From Geosiphon pyriformis uo1 (Eukaryota; Fungi; Glomeromycota), in NCBI GenBank assembly GCA_016748015.1, contig JAAOMT010000495.1, forward strand, positions 202,094-266,093: 64,000 bases of DNA. Reading direction: 5' to 3'. This document shows positions 39,740 to 52,753 of this stretch, piece by piece. The notes below the pieces were generated by a model. It was not told where the DNA came from. It was given only the letters and a program-made list of their open reading frames with translations, and ran no database searches. The translations under genes were made by a program, and so were the position numbers. Numbering within the stretch: the first letter of the stretch is position 1; each line of letters begins with the position of its first letter.

Positions 39740-39860
39740 TATAAGCAATTTGAAATAAAAGAAAATTATTTTTGGTGCATGGGTTTTTATGTTATTTTTG
39801 TTTTGTTTTTGTGAGATTGTTTCTAAATTATAAAAAGATAACTATAATAATAAATTTAAA

Positions 39861-41131
39861 TTAAGTGTTCAAGTTGGGAGGTTGTTCAATGACAACTATT
39901 GGTTCTAAATTTCAGGGAATGTGTACCAATTTGTGAAATTAATGATTCAGGATTGTTTCTGGAATTATAGTGTTTCAAACAATCTCTATGTGCAACTTTT
40001 GCTAGGATTTTGTTATCAAGTCTTAGTTTGTATGATCTGTTGCCTAAAACTTCATAAATAAAGAATGGTCTATCCTATTTATTCTCGAATTTTCTACTCT
40101 ATTGTTTTTCAGCTTTACTTCTGTGTAAGAAAACTTTGTTTCCAATTTTAAATTCATTGGTGACTGGAGGCAATTTGTTATCATGCCATTCTTTTTGTTG
40201 AGCTTAAGAGTGTTCAATATGGGTGGCTGCTATTCGTTGTTTTTCTTCCAATGTGCTAAGCAGAGTGTAGGCTCTTCGCTGAAGCATTTCCTGGAAATTG
40301 TTTTCATCGATTGGTTGTGCTGGGTATGTTTCCACTGTGAAACTAATTGGTAATGTTGCTGTCCTTCTGTAAGTTAAATCAAATGGTGTGTGTTTTGTGG
40401 TATCTTGTTTTAGTGTTCTATATGCTAGTAACACTGATGGGATAAAGATATCCCATTCTTGCTCAAAATTGGTTGAGACTTTGGCTAATGATTCACACAG
40501 TGTCCTATTAAAACATTCTACAAACCCATTTGTTTGTGGATGGTAGGGCGAAGATAATGGTTTCTTGACATTAAATCATTCACAAATTTCCTGGATTAAA
40601 TTGTTTACAAAATGTGTTTCTTGATTAGATAAAAGTTCTATTGAGCATCCATGTTTACAAATAATGTCTTCGTAGATAAAGTTTGCTACTGATTTCGCAT
40701 CTGTTTGTTGAATGGCTCTGGTTTTGGGCCATTTGATGAAATAGTCTACAGCTACTGCAATATAATGGTTTCCTTGGTTTGTGATAGATAGTGGTCCGAC
40801 TAAATTGATACCAACTCAGTTGAAAAGTTGTCCAACTTTAATTGGATTTAATGGTTCAGTAGGGCATGTTCCTCCTTTTCTTTGACAACTATCACAAGAT
40901 TCGACATATTCGTGAATGTCTTTTCTCATTCAAGGCCAAAAGTAGTACTCTAGTGTTCTTTGGGTGGTGTTGTCTTTTCCAAAGTGTGCTGATGAAGGAT
41001 CTGAGTGCATGTTGTATAATATAGTTTCTTTTTTCTGTTCTTGTATTAATCTGAGTGGCTTGTCTGAGTTTTTGAAATTTTGATGATAAATAATGTTGTT
41101 GTGTAGAAAATATTGTTTGGCTTGTTGTTGC
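39861..41131 (-). pseudogene. A3 integrase lacking its N-terminus
   Basis: MHSDPSSAHF, SCDSC, DDE core and GPF module; several stops. Confidence 0.88.
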
Positions 41132-44100
41132 TTGCAGTGGGTGTAAATTAATTGGTAATACTCTAAAGTTGTTGCATCTGGTGTGGTTGCCACTTTGAAT
41201 TTGTTTTTGGTGTGTTGTTTCCATGGGAGAGCACCAAATGTTACTGGAGGTTTTTGGTCTTTTTTCTTGAATATTGTAAATGTCTGTTGGTTGCAAATTC
41301 ACATTTTTTTAGAAGTAGTTGAACCTCTAATAACTGAATTTATCTTTAATTTATCTCCTATAATTTGAACTGCTGGGCTTATAAGTGGAATGGCCAATTT
41401 CTTGCCAGTTACTTTATGTAGTTACATTGTAGTAAATGTCAACTCTTTTCCAGGAATTGCTCATCTGGAAGCTCACTAAAAATGTGTAGTTACTTTGCTG
41501 TGAAAGTCAATTCTTCTACAGGAATCTCATCTGTAGACTACCCTAATGATTATAATAAGAAAATAAAAGAAAAATAAAAAAAATGTAAAAGAAATAGAAT
41601 TCTGTTAAGGGAAACATTTTTTATCCAGGCCTGGAGTCACTAACAGTTTATTGAAATTGGTAGCTAATCAATTTCAAAACATTAGTTGGGTTTTGGGGAT
41701 TTTCCAAGTGCAATAATTAAAGAATTTGATTTTTTGAATTATTTGATATTTATTTCTTTTTGTGTGTATAGAAAATGGTTCTAAGTAATAAATCTAAGGT
41801 AAGATACATTTTCTCAAAAAGAGAAGCTCTTTTTTTATACAACTTGTCATAACACTATTCTATGAACTTGAACTTTGCTATTTTCTATAATTTTGCTGAA
41901 CTAAAGATACATTTCAGTGAACTACAAGTTATTTTTGCAAACTATTAGATATTTCTGCAAACTATCAATTATTTCAGCAAATTTCTTATAAATTTCAGTG
42001 AACTTTTTGAATGTTATATAGTTCAGGGTATTGCATGATTGATCATTGCAATTAGGTTACATTTGTGTTATGTACAAATTGGGTTATTAATTAAATAATA
42101 ATTTCGGATATTTTGCTAATGTAATAAGTAATAATTTGAACGATAATATATGCTAATTAATGATAAGATTTATAAGAGTAATTTCATGCTAAAAAATATC
42201 TCTAATTTTGTCTGGTAACACCGATTATTGGTTTCCAACTCCGAATCATCAATCAAACTCAGCACTATATCAAACCACTTATCTGCTAATAACACAGCAG
42301 CCAATCTATTAACCACCAATATATCAACCACCAGTTTATTAACTGCAGCCCCAAACAATTTATCAGCCACAAACACTGATAATATATTAACTGCAGCCAC
42401 AATTAATTTATCAATCCCAAACATCAGTTCAAACCCCGCCAAATTCAGCTACTATGACATCAAAAAACCCGAGATCCAGAATTACTTAAAACTGGAGATC
42501 AGCAATGGTAATTTATTAACCAATTTCCAGCTCCTTTCACCAACCAATGGGATCACGTTCTCAGAATTCGGGAACTGGGTATGCCCAAAACCTGAATTTC
42601 CAGAACTATTTAAGTCTTCTGATTACCTTAGAAAATGCCCAATCCAATGAACTGAAAACCAACCTACAATTAACACTTACCAGCAATATCCCACCAGCCA
42701 CCATCACAGAAGACGAGTTGCTTACAGCCATATTTTTTTTTGAAATTGAGGAACTATCAGAAGTTTTTTTGTTTAGTGGAGCTGCTCTTAAGGAAAAATC
42801 TATCATGGCGATATACATTGATGCCAAAATTAATAGCCATTCTATCAAACTGATCTTAGATAGTAGATTAGCTGGCAGCATCATCACAAGACAGCTCATG
42901 GACCAATTAGATCACCAAATTGATTGAGCTGCCAGTACAAGAATAATTACAGCTAATGGAGCCACAAAAACACTTATTGGTGAAATAGATAACCTACCTA
43001 TTAAAATCAATGGCATCATTGTACTAATCAAGGTACTAATCATGGAAGCCACCCAATACTAAGCTTTAGTTGGTAATGATTGGTTGTCCAAAACCAATAC
43101 AACACTCGATTGAAACACCCAAGAGCTCCAGCTTAGCCAAAATGGTCAACACACATGGGTACCAGCCACATGTGGCCATTTCAAGCCCATCACTACGCCA
43201 TCAACACCACTTATTGAATTTGAAGAAGAAAAAGCAAAACCCATCTGGGAAGCATACCAAGTCTTTTGGGCCGACACTGACCACAATGAGTTGCCACTGA
43301 TACTCTCTTGGGACAACAATGGAAAAAGAAAGAAGAAAGAAGAACTTACCTGGAAAACCAATGAACTGATCTGGACTGACAATGATGATAGTGAGATACC
43401 ACCAATTTTAGACTGGGAAAGAAAGAGAAGAAAATGCATAGGAAGAAACCACTACTGCAGAAGAAATAACTAGTGACTGGAAAAGAAAATACTCACATGA
43501 ACCAATAAAAGAGCCACCATATATACTTCTCAAATATAAGAACTGTGGGAAGAAACTGTTCTCAATAGGAGCTTGGGTAGCGCCAGATGAAAACTACTGG
43601 ATGTGAACCCATTATTATTGCAAGCCCTGCCATAGAGAATGATACGGATATCCAAAACACCAAGGTAAATGGGACAACAAACCATGTTTCACTTGTGAAG
43701 AGCAACTGCTTGATGAAGGAATATGGAATAATATTCTTGGTCAAGAAAGAATGTATAATGCTTCATGCCAATACACAATTTTTATCAGTGACTGGGTAAG
43801 TCATGGTATGTCTATCACAGCAGCATAGCACCAAGCTATATTCTGCCTAGACAGCTACCCACATGATGAGAACGAAATCTGGCAAATGGCAAATGCCAAA
43901 ATCATAGAAGCCATGCCCAGTAAGATCCTGGAAATTAAAAACAACTTGCCTGAACAGGTTGACATCATCCTGATCCCCAACCCAGATGCTTTCTTCAACA
44001 TTGAAACCAACCCAAAAGACTTTTATGAGCATTACCAAAATTTGGCACCCACCAGAAAAAAACAGAAAAAGTGTTTAGCACAACTAAACACTTGACTATA

Positions 44101-47100
44101 TAACCACTGTTTAATCCCATATGACTTTCAGTATTGTGACCTCATCTACAATCTATTATCATGCATAATCTACACAATTCCTGAGGAAAAAGAACCAATC
44201 AGCAGCTGCACATTAGAATTGGAATCAATTTTTGATCCCAATTTAAACTCTGATAATGATGACAATGAAAACATTGGTTCTAGCTCCATCCAAAATGGCA
44301 ATAACAATAACTACAATTCCAACTTAAATTCAAACTCTGACTCATAATATGAACAATACATCGTGCTTCCTGACCTCACCAAGAAACAGGAACTTAAATA
44401 GTTCAGTAACAATAATGAAGATATTATGCCAGAATGCATACATAATACTGATGCCGAATTTGATCTGAAATATCCAGAAAAAGATGCCATCAAATTGGAA
44501 CCCCATTTGCACACTTACATTGATCTGAAAATAGCACTGGAAATTCCAACAACAACAATGGTTCAATTAGCATCTAGGAGTAGTTTAGCAAAAAGAGGAA
44601 TCAATATTAGAGGAGGAATAATTAATGCAGGATATATAGGAAATATTATTGCTATGTTACAAAATGATTCAAAAAAGGCCTATATTATAGAGCCAAACAA
44701 AAGGATAGTGCAGACAATATTCCTACCTCTGGTAAAAATAGCTCAATTAGTGTTAGTAAGAAACAGAGAAGAATTAGGGATAACAGCTAGAGGAATATAA
44801 GAATTTGGATTCATAAATAGAATAGATATACCAGTCAATATGGCAGAGGAAGAAATTGTTGGTTAAGAAGAAATTATCTCAACCAGTCAAGTAATTTTCA
44901 TTCTACCATATGACCAGTACATGGTAGTTATAAAGAGAAAAGTGAAAGACAAAGATTAAATTTTTGAAGCAGAGACAAGCCTTTGTGAATCAGGAGAGAT
45001 TGGATTCATTAATCTCTATATACCAGCCAAAAGCCACAACCATATTAAAATTCCAATCTACAACACAACAGGAGATACCATTACAATACCAGAGGGAACC
45101 ACTATTGGATACTTGAGCACTGAAATTGAGGATCAACCACCAAGCACTATTCCAGACTTTCCATAATTGTGTAGATATGTAGATATTATATTACAAACCA
45201 TATACGGACGAAATGAATGTTATTTGCTCCAACCAGAACAATTAGAACAAATGAACATGGGAAATTTGGATTCACTCTAACATATACAACTCAAGATATT
45301 ACTCAACAACTTCAATAACATCTTTGTCAGTGAAAACAAATTTGGCAGAACTGATATCATCCAACATTAGATCAAAACTAAAAATGCTATGCCAATTAAA
45401 CAAAGGGCATACAGAGTACCATCAGCCAGCCATGAGATCATTCATCAAGAAATCAACCAGATGCTTGACAATGAATTAATTCAACCATTAATGAGCCCAT
45501 GGTCATCACCAGTGGTACTAGTCTGTAAGAAAAATGGAAAAATTCACTTCTGTGTGGATTACTGGAAACTGACTAGAGTAACAAAAGGAGATAGCTATCC
45601 AACTCCAAAGATCCAAGAATTATTTGATGCTTTTAGCAGAAAAAAATAGTTCTCAATATTAGATTTAAACAGTAGTTACTGGCAAGTAGTCATGAAACCA
45701 AAAGATAAGAAGAAAATGGCTTTCACAACAAGAGAAGGGAATTTCAAATTCGAAGTGATGCCATTCAGATTGATGAATGCGCCAGCAACATTCCAACAGC
45801 TTATGAAAATTGTCTATATTAAACTATTATGGAAATCAGTAGTAGTATATCTGGATGATACCAATGTGTTCTCAAAAACATTTGATGATCATCTATATTA
45901 TCTTCAACAAGTGTTTGAAAGACTCAGAAAAGCAGAATTGAAGCTGAATGCCAACAAATGTTTCTTCGGAAAGACAGAATTAAAATTCTTGGGACATATT
46001 GTAAGCAAAGACAGCATCAAAACGGATCCAGACAAGATTAAAGCTGTCAAAAACTTTTCAGTACTAATTAATCTCACAGAATTAAGAGCATTCTTGGGAT
46101 TGGCTGGGTACTACCGTCACTTTATTAAAGACTTTTCCAAAATAGCTCAATCACTCTACCATCTTCAAACCAAAAATAAAAAATATGAATAGACAAAAGC
46201 TCAACAAAAAGCTTTTAATACATTAAAAAGAAAGCTTATCCAAGCACCAGTATTGATCTATCTAGATCACAGCAAACCATTCATTATTACCACTAATGCA
46301 TCAGGTCAAGCATTGGGAGCAGTACTATCTTAAAGAAGATTGGATGGAAGAGAACATTCAGTTGTATATACCAGCCGAAGTTTGACTCCAGCCAAAAAGA
46401 ACTATGGAACACCAGAATTAGAATATTTAGCAATCTATTGGGCAATTATAAAATGGAAAAAATACTTGAGCCAAAAGTTTAAAGTGTACACAGATCACAA
46501 AGGATTGACATCACTCCAAAAACAAAAATTTGGAGACAGAAGACAATCAAGATGAAAAATGGCTCTTTCGTCATATACTTATATCATACATTATAAAAAG
46601 GGAAAAAACAATGGAAATGCTGACGGTTTGTCACGAATGAGACAAATCTAAGAACATTTCAACCCAAAAATATAACAAAACCAAAACAATACTCATGTAA
46701 ATATAACAAAAGATGAACACACAAAAATATCAACAACTTCAATATTATATAGATACTTAACAGTTCAAGAAGAAATAATCTCAACCAGAACAAAAGAGGA
46801 TCAAACAACAATCCAAATATTTTATCATTCACCAAAATATACTTTATCGGAAAAATAGAAAAGATTCAGATCAACCAATCAGAGTAATTACAGAACCAGA
46901 AAAAGAGACAATACTGTTCAACATGCACTCAAATTCAACTGCAGGACATTTTTATAAAGAAGCAACCATGAAAAGAACCAAAAAGAGATACTATTGGTCA
47001 TCAATGTATCCAGACATTATCTAATATGTGCAAAATTGTGATGCTTGTCAAAGAAGAGGAGGAACAAGACCCAGCAAACCATTAAGACCAATTAAAGTGA

Positions 47101-48119
47101 GACAACCATTTGACTGTATTGAAATTGATTTAGTTGATTCATTGACAATTACCAACAGAGGCAACAGATATATTGCAGTAGTCATAGACTATCTTATTAA
47201 ATGGCCAAAAGCAAAAGCAATTCAAAGAGTAGATGCAGAATTCATTGCTGAATTCATCCATCAAGATCTGATTTGTCAACATGGATGTCCAAAAAAACTA
47301 TTATCAGACCAAGGAACCCATTTTGTGAATAAAACATTAACAGAACTAAGCCAAAGATTTGGAATTAAGAGACCACTATCATTACCATACTATTTACAAA
47401 CCAATAGATTAGTTGAAAGATTTAATAGAACATTGTGTGAAGCAATAGCAAAACTCAGCCAAAAAAACCAGGATGAATGGGATTTGTTTATACCATCAGT
47501 ATTATTTGCTTATCGGACAATGAAGCAAGACACCATACAAGCAACACTATTTGAATTAATATACGGTAAAACAGCAATATTACCAGTTGAAATAGAGGTT
47601 AACACATATCCAACTGAACCAATAACAGAAGAAAATTTCTAAGAAACATTGTTAAGAAGAACATATGACTTAATAGAAACATTGCAAAACAAACAAAAAA
47701 GAGCAGCTAATAACATACAAAAATTACAAAAGAAACAGAAAGAAAGACATGATAATCAACTACCAGACAAACCAGTTGAATTCAAAATTGGAAACAAAGT
47801 ACTCTTACATTGTACCAAAGTGGAAAAACAATGGAGTGGAAAATTCGATCTCAAATAGGATGGACTATTTCACATAGAAGAAATTCTTGGAAATGAAGCT
47901 TACAAATTAAGACTGGATAACAAAATCTTAACCAAAACAGCACATGGAGATCAACTAAAACTATACCACAACATCACATCACCATCCACCAGTAATATTC
48001 TACAATTAGGAGTACAGAGGATACTAATCCAATCAGATGAGATTCCATGAGATCTGGAACCAATCATTATTATTGACAACAACACGTTAAATTAATCCAT
48101 CAAAAGAATATATAAAGAC

Positions 48120-48779
48120 ATGGTAGACACGACAGGAAATATCAGAAAAATAGAAATTACAGACAACATCTACTCATTAGCACAACAATTCTTTCAATTG
48201 ATTCAACACCAAAAGATGGAAATTACAATTAATCAACAAACCATCTGATATCAAAACACGAAAAAGACAGCACAACACAGAACACAGAAGAAAATAGAAA
48301 ATACCATCGACAAAATCATTGTAAAAGTAAAATTGGCAATAAAAGAGTTGACAAAAGAGTTACTATACCAAGAGTTAACTAAAGAAACTTGGAATTGGTG
48401 GATACAACAATTTTCAAAAAACTATTGTTATTTTTACTTGGGACAATACGTGAATATCCAGAATCTATATACAGATAAAACAAAACAATTATTTGACACA
48501 AGAATACTACAACAATTAGAACATTTTGTGAGGAAGAACAACTTGTCCACACAGGCCCAAGCCATATATCAAATACACACAGCATTCCAAGATCGACCAG
48601 AAATCTTATTCAACAAAGCAATGGATATGGTTACTAGTAATCAATTGGAAAAGATCACCAACGCTCAATTTGAAGAATTACAGACTCAAATAACACAAGT
48701 AATTCTCGAAAACAAAATTCAGAAAATACTTCAAGAAAGGAAATTAACAGAGTTAGATTTCAATGGAACTCAATATTAA
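48120..48779 (+). pseudogene. B3 ORF3
   Basis: ATG 24 nt after the integrase stop; YFYLG...AIY...LEKITNAQFEELQTQITQVILE aligns with A ORF3; one internal TGA. Confidence 0.75.
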
Positions 48780-48792
48780 AAGGAGAGAATAA

Positions 48793-49621
48793 TGTTACTT
48801 ATAGAAATATAGGAAAGATATATTAGTATAGTTATTAGCCAATCAGAAGTAGACATAGTAAATGTGGAATTCCAAGATTCCTTTCAGGAATTGCAGGATT
48901 TCAGAAATTGCAGGATTCTCACAAGAAATTGCAGGATTCCAGAATTCCAGAATTTCAGGATTCTTGTCATGAAAAATTGAGGAATTGAGGAATCTCAATT
49001 ATGTATATATAGCAGTAGTATTAGAAATTGAAAAAACAGATTTTCCAGTTTAAATTTAATCTAAGCAATCTTCCAAAATCACAATTATCAATAAATAACT
49101 ATTTGTTATTACAATTTATTTTCCACTATCAACACTTCATGTTAATAGACATTGATACTTAACTACACTGGAACAATAGCTCTTGATCATGGCTATTGAC
49201 AGGATACTAATTTGCATATTGTCTTGACTATTTTTTTATTTCTTTGATTTTTTTTTCTTTGATTTTATTGTTGTATACTAATTGATTGAGAATTAAAGTA
49301 CTGAGTTATTGACATCATGGATAGCTTGATAAAAGACCCAGAAATAAAGGTAATAATATATATATTAATAGATAGCTTACTAAAAGAGCATGACTGCCAG
49401 AATAAATCTGGCCACCAAGCTGAAAAAGAAATTGGAAAATAACTAAAACAAAATCGTGAATACCAACATTATTGAATCTCTGTCCATTATACAAAGAACT
49501 CATTTGGAAAACCTTTAAAACACCAAAACCTTCAAATCATCATCATCAACACAAATAGCTTTTGAGCACCAAGTTACAGGTTTGTTATTTGATTTGAGAC
49601 CCCAAATAATCATTTGTAACA
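48793..49621 (+). repeat. B3 3' LTR (829 bp), with an array of GGAATTCC/GGATTCC-like short repeats at ~48866-48998
   Basis: TGTTAC...GTAACA; matches the reverse complement of 22749-23571. Confidence 0.95.
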
Positions 49622-49815
49622 CTGTGTAGTTTTTTTTCTGGTCTGGGTAGTGATGTATTGGTTAATATAGGTGTGTAATGTTGTCTTGTTTGGCCTGAGT
49701 GGTTAGCCACATGTAGGAAGTATGTGAGTCATGTTTAATTTGAGCCTCTTAGTTTGGCTCTATGTACTAGATAGTAATTGGGCTTCACTCATTAAAAGCA
49801 TAATAATAATAATAA
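49622..49815 (+). mobile_element. 3' end of the LINE: last codons, 3' UTR and (TAA)n tail
   Basis: LCSFFSGLGSDVLVNIGV* continues the frame broken at 23572; TAATAATAATAATAA tail; TSD AAGTGCAGT at 49816-49824. Confidence 0.85.
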
Positions 49816-49849
49816 AAGTGCAGTCCAACCACTACTTAAGTACATAAAA

Positions 49850-51900
49850 TCAAAACAGATTCTAAATTAAGTATGGTTTATGCTTTTCTTATACATAACA
49901 AATTATTAATTAAATACTAATATTTAATAATTTAATTAAAATAATAAATAATAAAATAAAAATAAAAATATATATTAATTTATTATAAAAATTATAAAAA
50001 TAATTTTATGTTAATTAATAAACCAAATTTTATTTAGTAGTATTAATTTAAATTATTAATATATTAATAATTAATTAAATTAAATTAATTTTGGTTTTAA
50101 TTTTTTTAATCTTAATAATAAACTTAATATTAATTCTATAATTTTTTAATTTTATACAAAAAAAATTATAAAAAATTTTTTAAAAAAGTAAAAAAATATT
50201 TTATCATAATTCAAATAATTATGTATTTTGTATTTATTTATTAAATTAATATCTGTTATAATTTTATTAATTTATTATAAAAATAAAAAATTAGATTAAA
50301 GTATTTTTTAAAATCAAGAAATTATTTTTATAAAAAGCATTAAACTTGTTATAAATAATTAAAAAAATCATAAAATTTTTTTTAAAAATTTTAATTAAAA
50401 TAATAAATTAAGTATTTATCAATATTTTTTTAATTATAAAACTTAAAAATTATCAATATTTAAGTTTTTTTTTTATAAATTAAAACCTAATTTATTTAAT
50501 ATATATATATATAATAAATTTAATAATAAGTTCAAAATAAATTTATTGTAATGTTTTTATAAATATTAAACAAATTAACAACTTTTTTACTTGATAAATT
50601 TTAAATTATATTTAACAATTTATTATATTTTATTATTTTTATTATATTAAAAAAGTTTTATTTTTAATATATTTTAAAAAAACATATTAATTATACTATA
50701 AATTAAAAATTTTGTTCAATATTTTTTGTTTTTTAGTCTATTTTTTTATAATTTTATTTATTTTAAATTTTATTAAATTAAATTTTAAAGTTAGTTTTTT
50801 TCTTAATTAAATAATTAAAAATCATATTATAAAATAAATACTTTAAAACACTTTTAATTATATATTTCTTATTATAAATAAAATTATTTATATATTGGTA
50901 ATAATTAACTTAAATTTAAATTTTTTAACTATTTAAAATTTATAAAACTTAAAAGTTTAATAAATATTTTAATTTAAATAAATTTAACTTAATATTATTA
51001 ATACAAAAATTTATTTTTATTATTTTTTAAATTTTTAATATATATAACTTATTAAAAATTAATCATATTAGTAGTTTTTGATTTATTATTAAACTTTAAA
51101 TTAAAGTCTTATTAAATGTTTTAATTTAAAAAATTTGGAAAATTATTTGTTTTTAGTAATTTTAAATTTATAAAATTATGTTTTAAAAAACATTTTTTCA
51201 ATTGTTAAATATATTATATTATAAATAAAAATTTATATAGTATTTGAATTTTTATTTATTTATTAAACTTATTTATTGTATTAATTATTTTAAATAGAAA
51301 TTTTTTTAAATTATTTATATTTAAAACTGGTTGTATTTTTTATATTGGATTTTTAATAATTTTTATTTGTCTATTTTTACAAAATATTAATTTATTTATA
51401 AAATTACTTAAGTTAATTAATACAAAAACAATTATATAATTAATGTTAAAATACTTATTTATATTATATTTTTTATTTAATTATAGTATTAATTAGAAAC
51501 TTATTAATAAAAATATAATTGATATTTTTTTGGAATTTTTTTAAATTAAAACTTTTTTTAATTTTGTTAAATTTATTAAATAATAAAAAATTATAAATAA
51601 AAAATATTTTTATTTTATTATATTTATAATTAATTAATTATTATTTTTTTTATTATTGTTTATTTTTTGATTAGAATATACCAATTTATTTTTAATTATT
51701 TAAAAATTTTAAATTAAGTATAAATAAAAACATTTATTATACAATATTTTAGTTATTTAATTATCAATTTGTAAAAGATTAAGTTAAAAAAAATCAATAT
51801 TTGTTTTTTAATAGCATAAAAAAAATTGATTACATTAACCAAAAATTAAACCATGTATAATACTAATAAAAAAATAATTATAATGATTTGTACTAACACA
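49850..51900. other. Extremely AT-rich non-coding tract
   Basis: Very few G or C; no credible ORF. Confidence 0.85.
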
Positions 51901-52753
51901 TTAAAATCAAAAATAATTAAATAACTGCTTGTTAAGAAGATAAAACAGAATTTTTTCTTGTAAAAAATAATGAAATCATTTTTTATAAAGTATAAGCTTT
52001 TCAAAAAAATGAAGCTTGTACTTAATTGATATGTTAAATGGTTTCTGTTCTCCTGCATCAAATTTCTTGAATTCAAAATAACTATCTATAAATGCTAACT
52101 CTTTTATTATAGAGTCTATAAAACCACTGTGATCGACGATTTGCCTTTGCCAACTGCTTTTGATCAAATCAAGTGCCTTGAGAAAATCTCTAAGGTCTTG
52201 ATTAAAATGAAATTCGAAATGCAGAGGAATTGAGATAGAGAAAGGATAGATCTCTGGAAAAAACCCCGTCCACTCATGCAAGAACTGAACAGTTCAAATA
52301 ACATAGAAACACCCCATATAAAAATTTTAAATAAGTGTAATTCATTTATTTTTTAAAAAACTTGCATGAATTCAAAAATAATTTTCTATTGACCAATGAA
52401 TTTACATACTTAAATGCCATATGTATATCATTTAACAGTTGAGAGTTTTCACCCAAAAAAAAAGACAACTGGCGAAGAAACGCTTCTTAAACTGTCTTGC
52501 TATTAACCAAAACAAGAAAGGTTTTATCGTACATTGAACCCTTAATAATTTTTGAATCTCAGGGCCCTTTATTTTCTCTTCCCAAAAAGTTTGTGGATCA
52601 GGTTACTTTGAGTGAGCCTGTTGTTTACAAAAAGAATCTTCAAGTTAGCTCTCTGTTTTAAAGCATTATTGGCTCTCCAAGGCGTTAATATACACTGTGG
52701 GGGAGTTCACGTTGGAAATATAGATCAAAAGTTTCCTCGGTTGACAGACTAGG

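Larger units (their letters stand above)
38070..42220 (-). mobile_element. Copy A3, internally deleted: LTR 41239-42220, PBS, gag start fused to integrase, ORF3, LTR 38070-39051
   Basis: Two 982-bp LTRs; TSD CCAA (38066-69) / CCGA (42221-24); chimeric ORF ...YTHCKQ|QQAKQYFLH. Confidence 0.95.
42221..49621 (+). mobile_element. Copy B3 main body: gag tail, PR, Cys-rich, dUTPase, RT, RH, IN, ORF3 and 3' LTR
   Basis: KLILDSR; dUTPase 44426-44820; VVYLDD; stop MRQI-TAA at 46649-51; IN 46713-48095; ORF3 48120-48779; PPT AAAAGGAGAGAA; LTR 48793-49621; flank CTGT. Confidence 0.95.

Noticed and set aside
42228-42650. T/S/N-rich ORF, and similar alternative-frame or antisense ORFs across 1-49 kb and within STU1
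   Set aside because: Shadow frames of Q/P-rich gag repeats or biased coding sequence; no independent motifs
48866-48998. Heat-shock element array in the family B LTR
   Set aside because: Mostly GAATTC spacing rather than repeated nGAAnnTTCn; only isolated matches
51976-52281. 101-aa minus-strand ORF upstream of STU1
   Set aside because: No recognisable motif and it fades into the AT tract; could be a relic but cannot be supported
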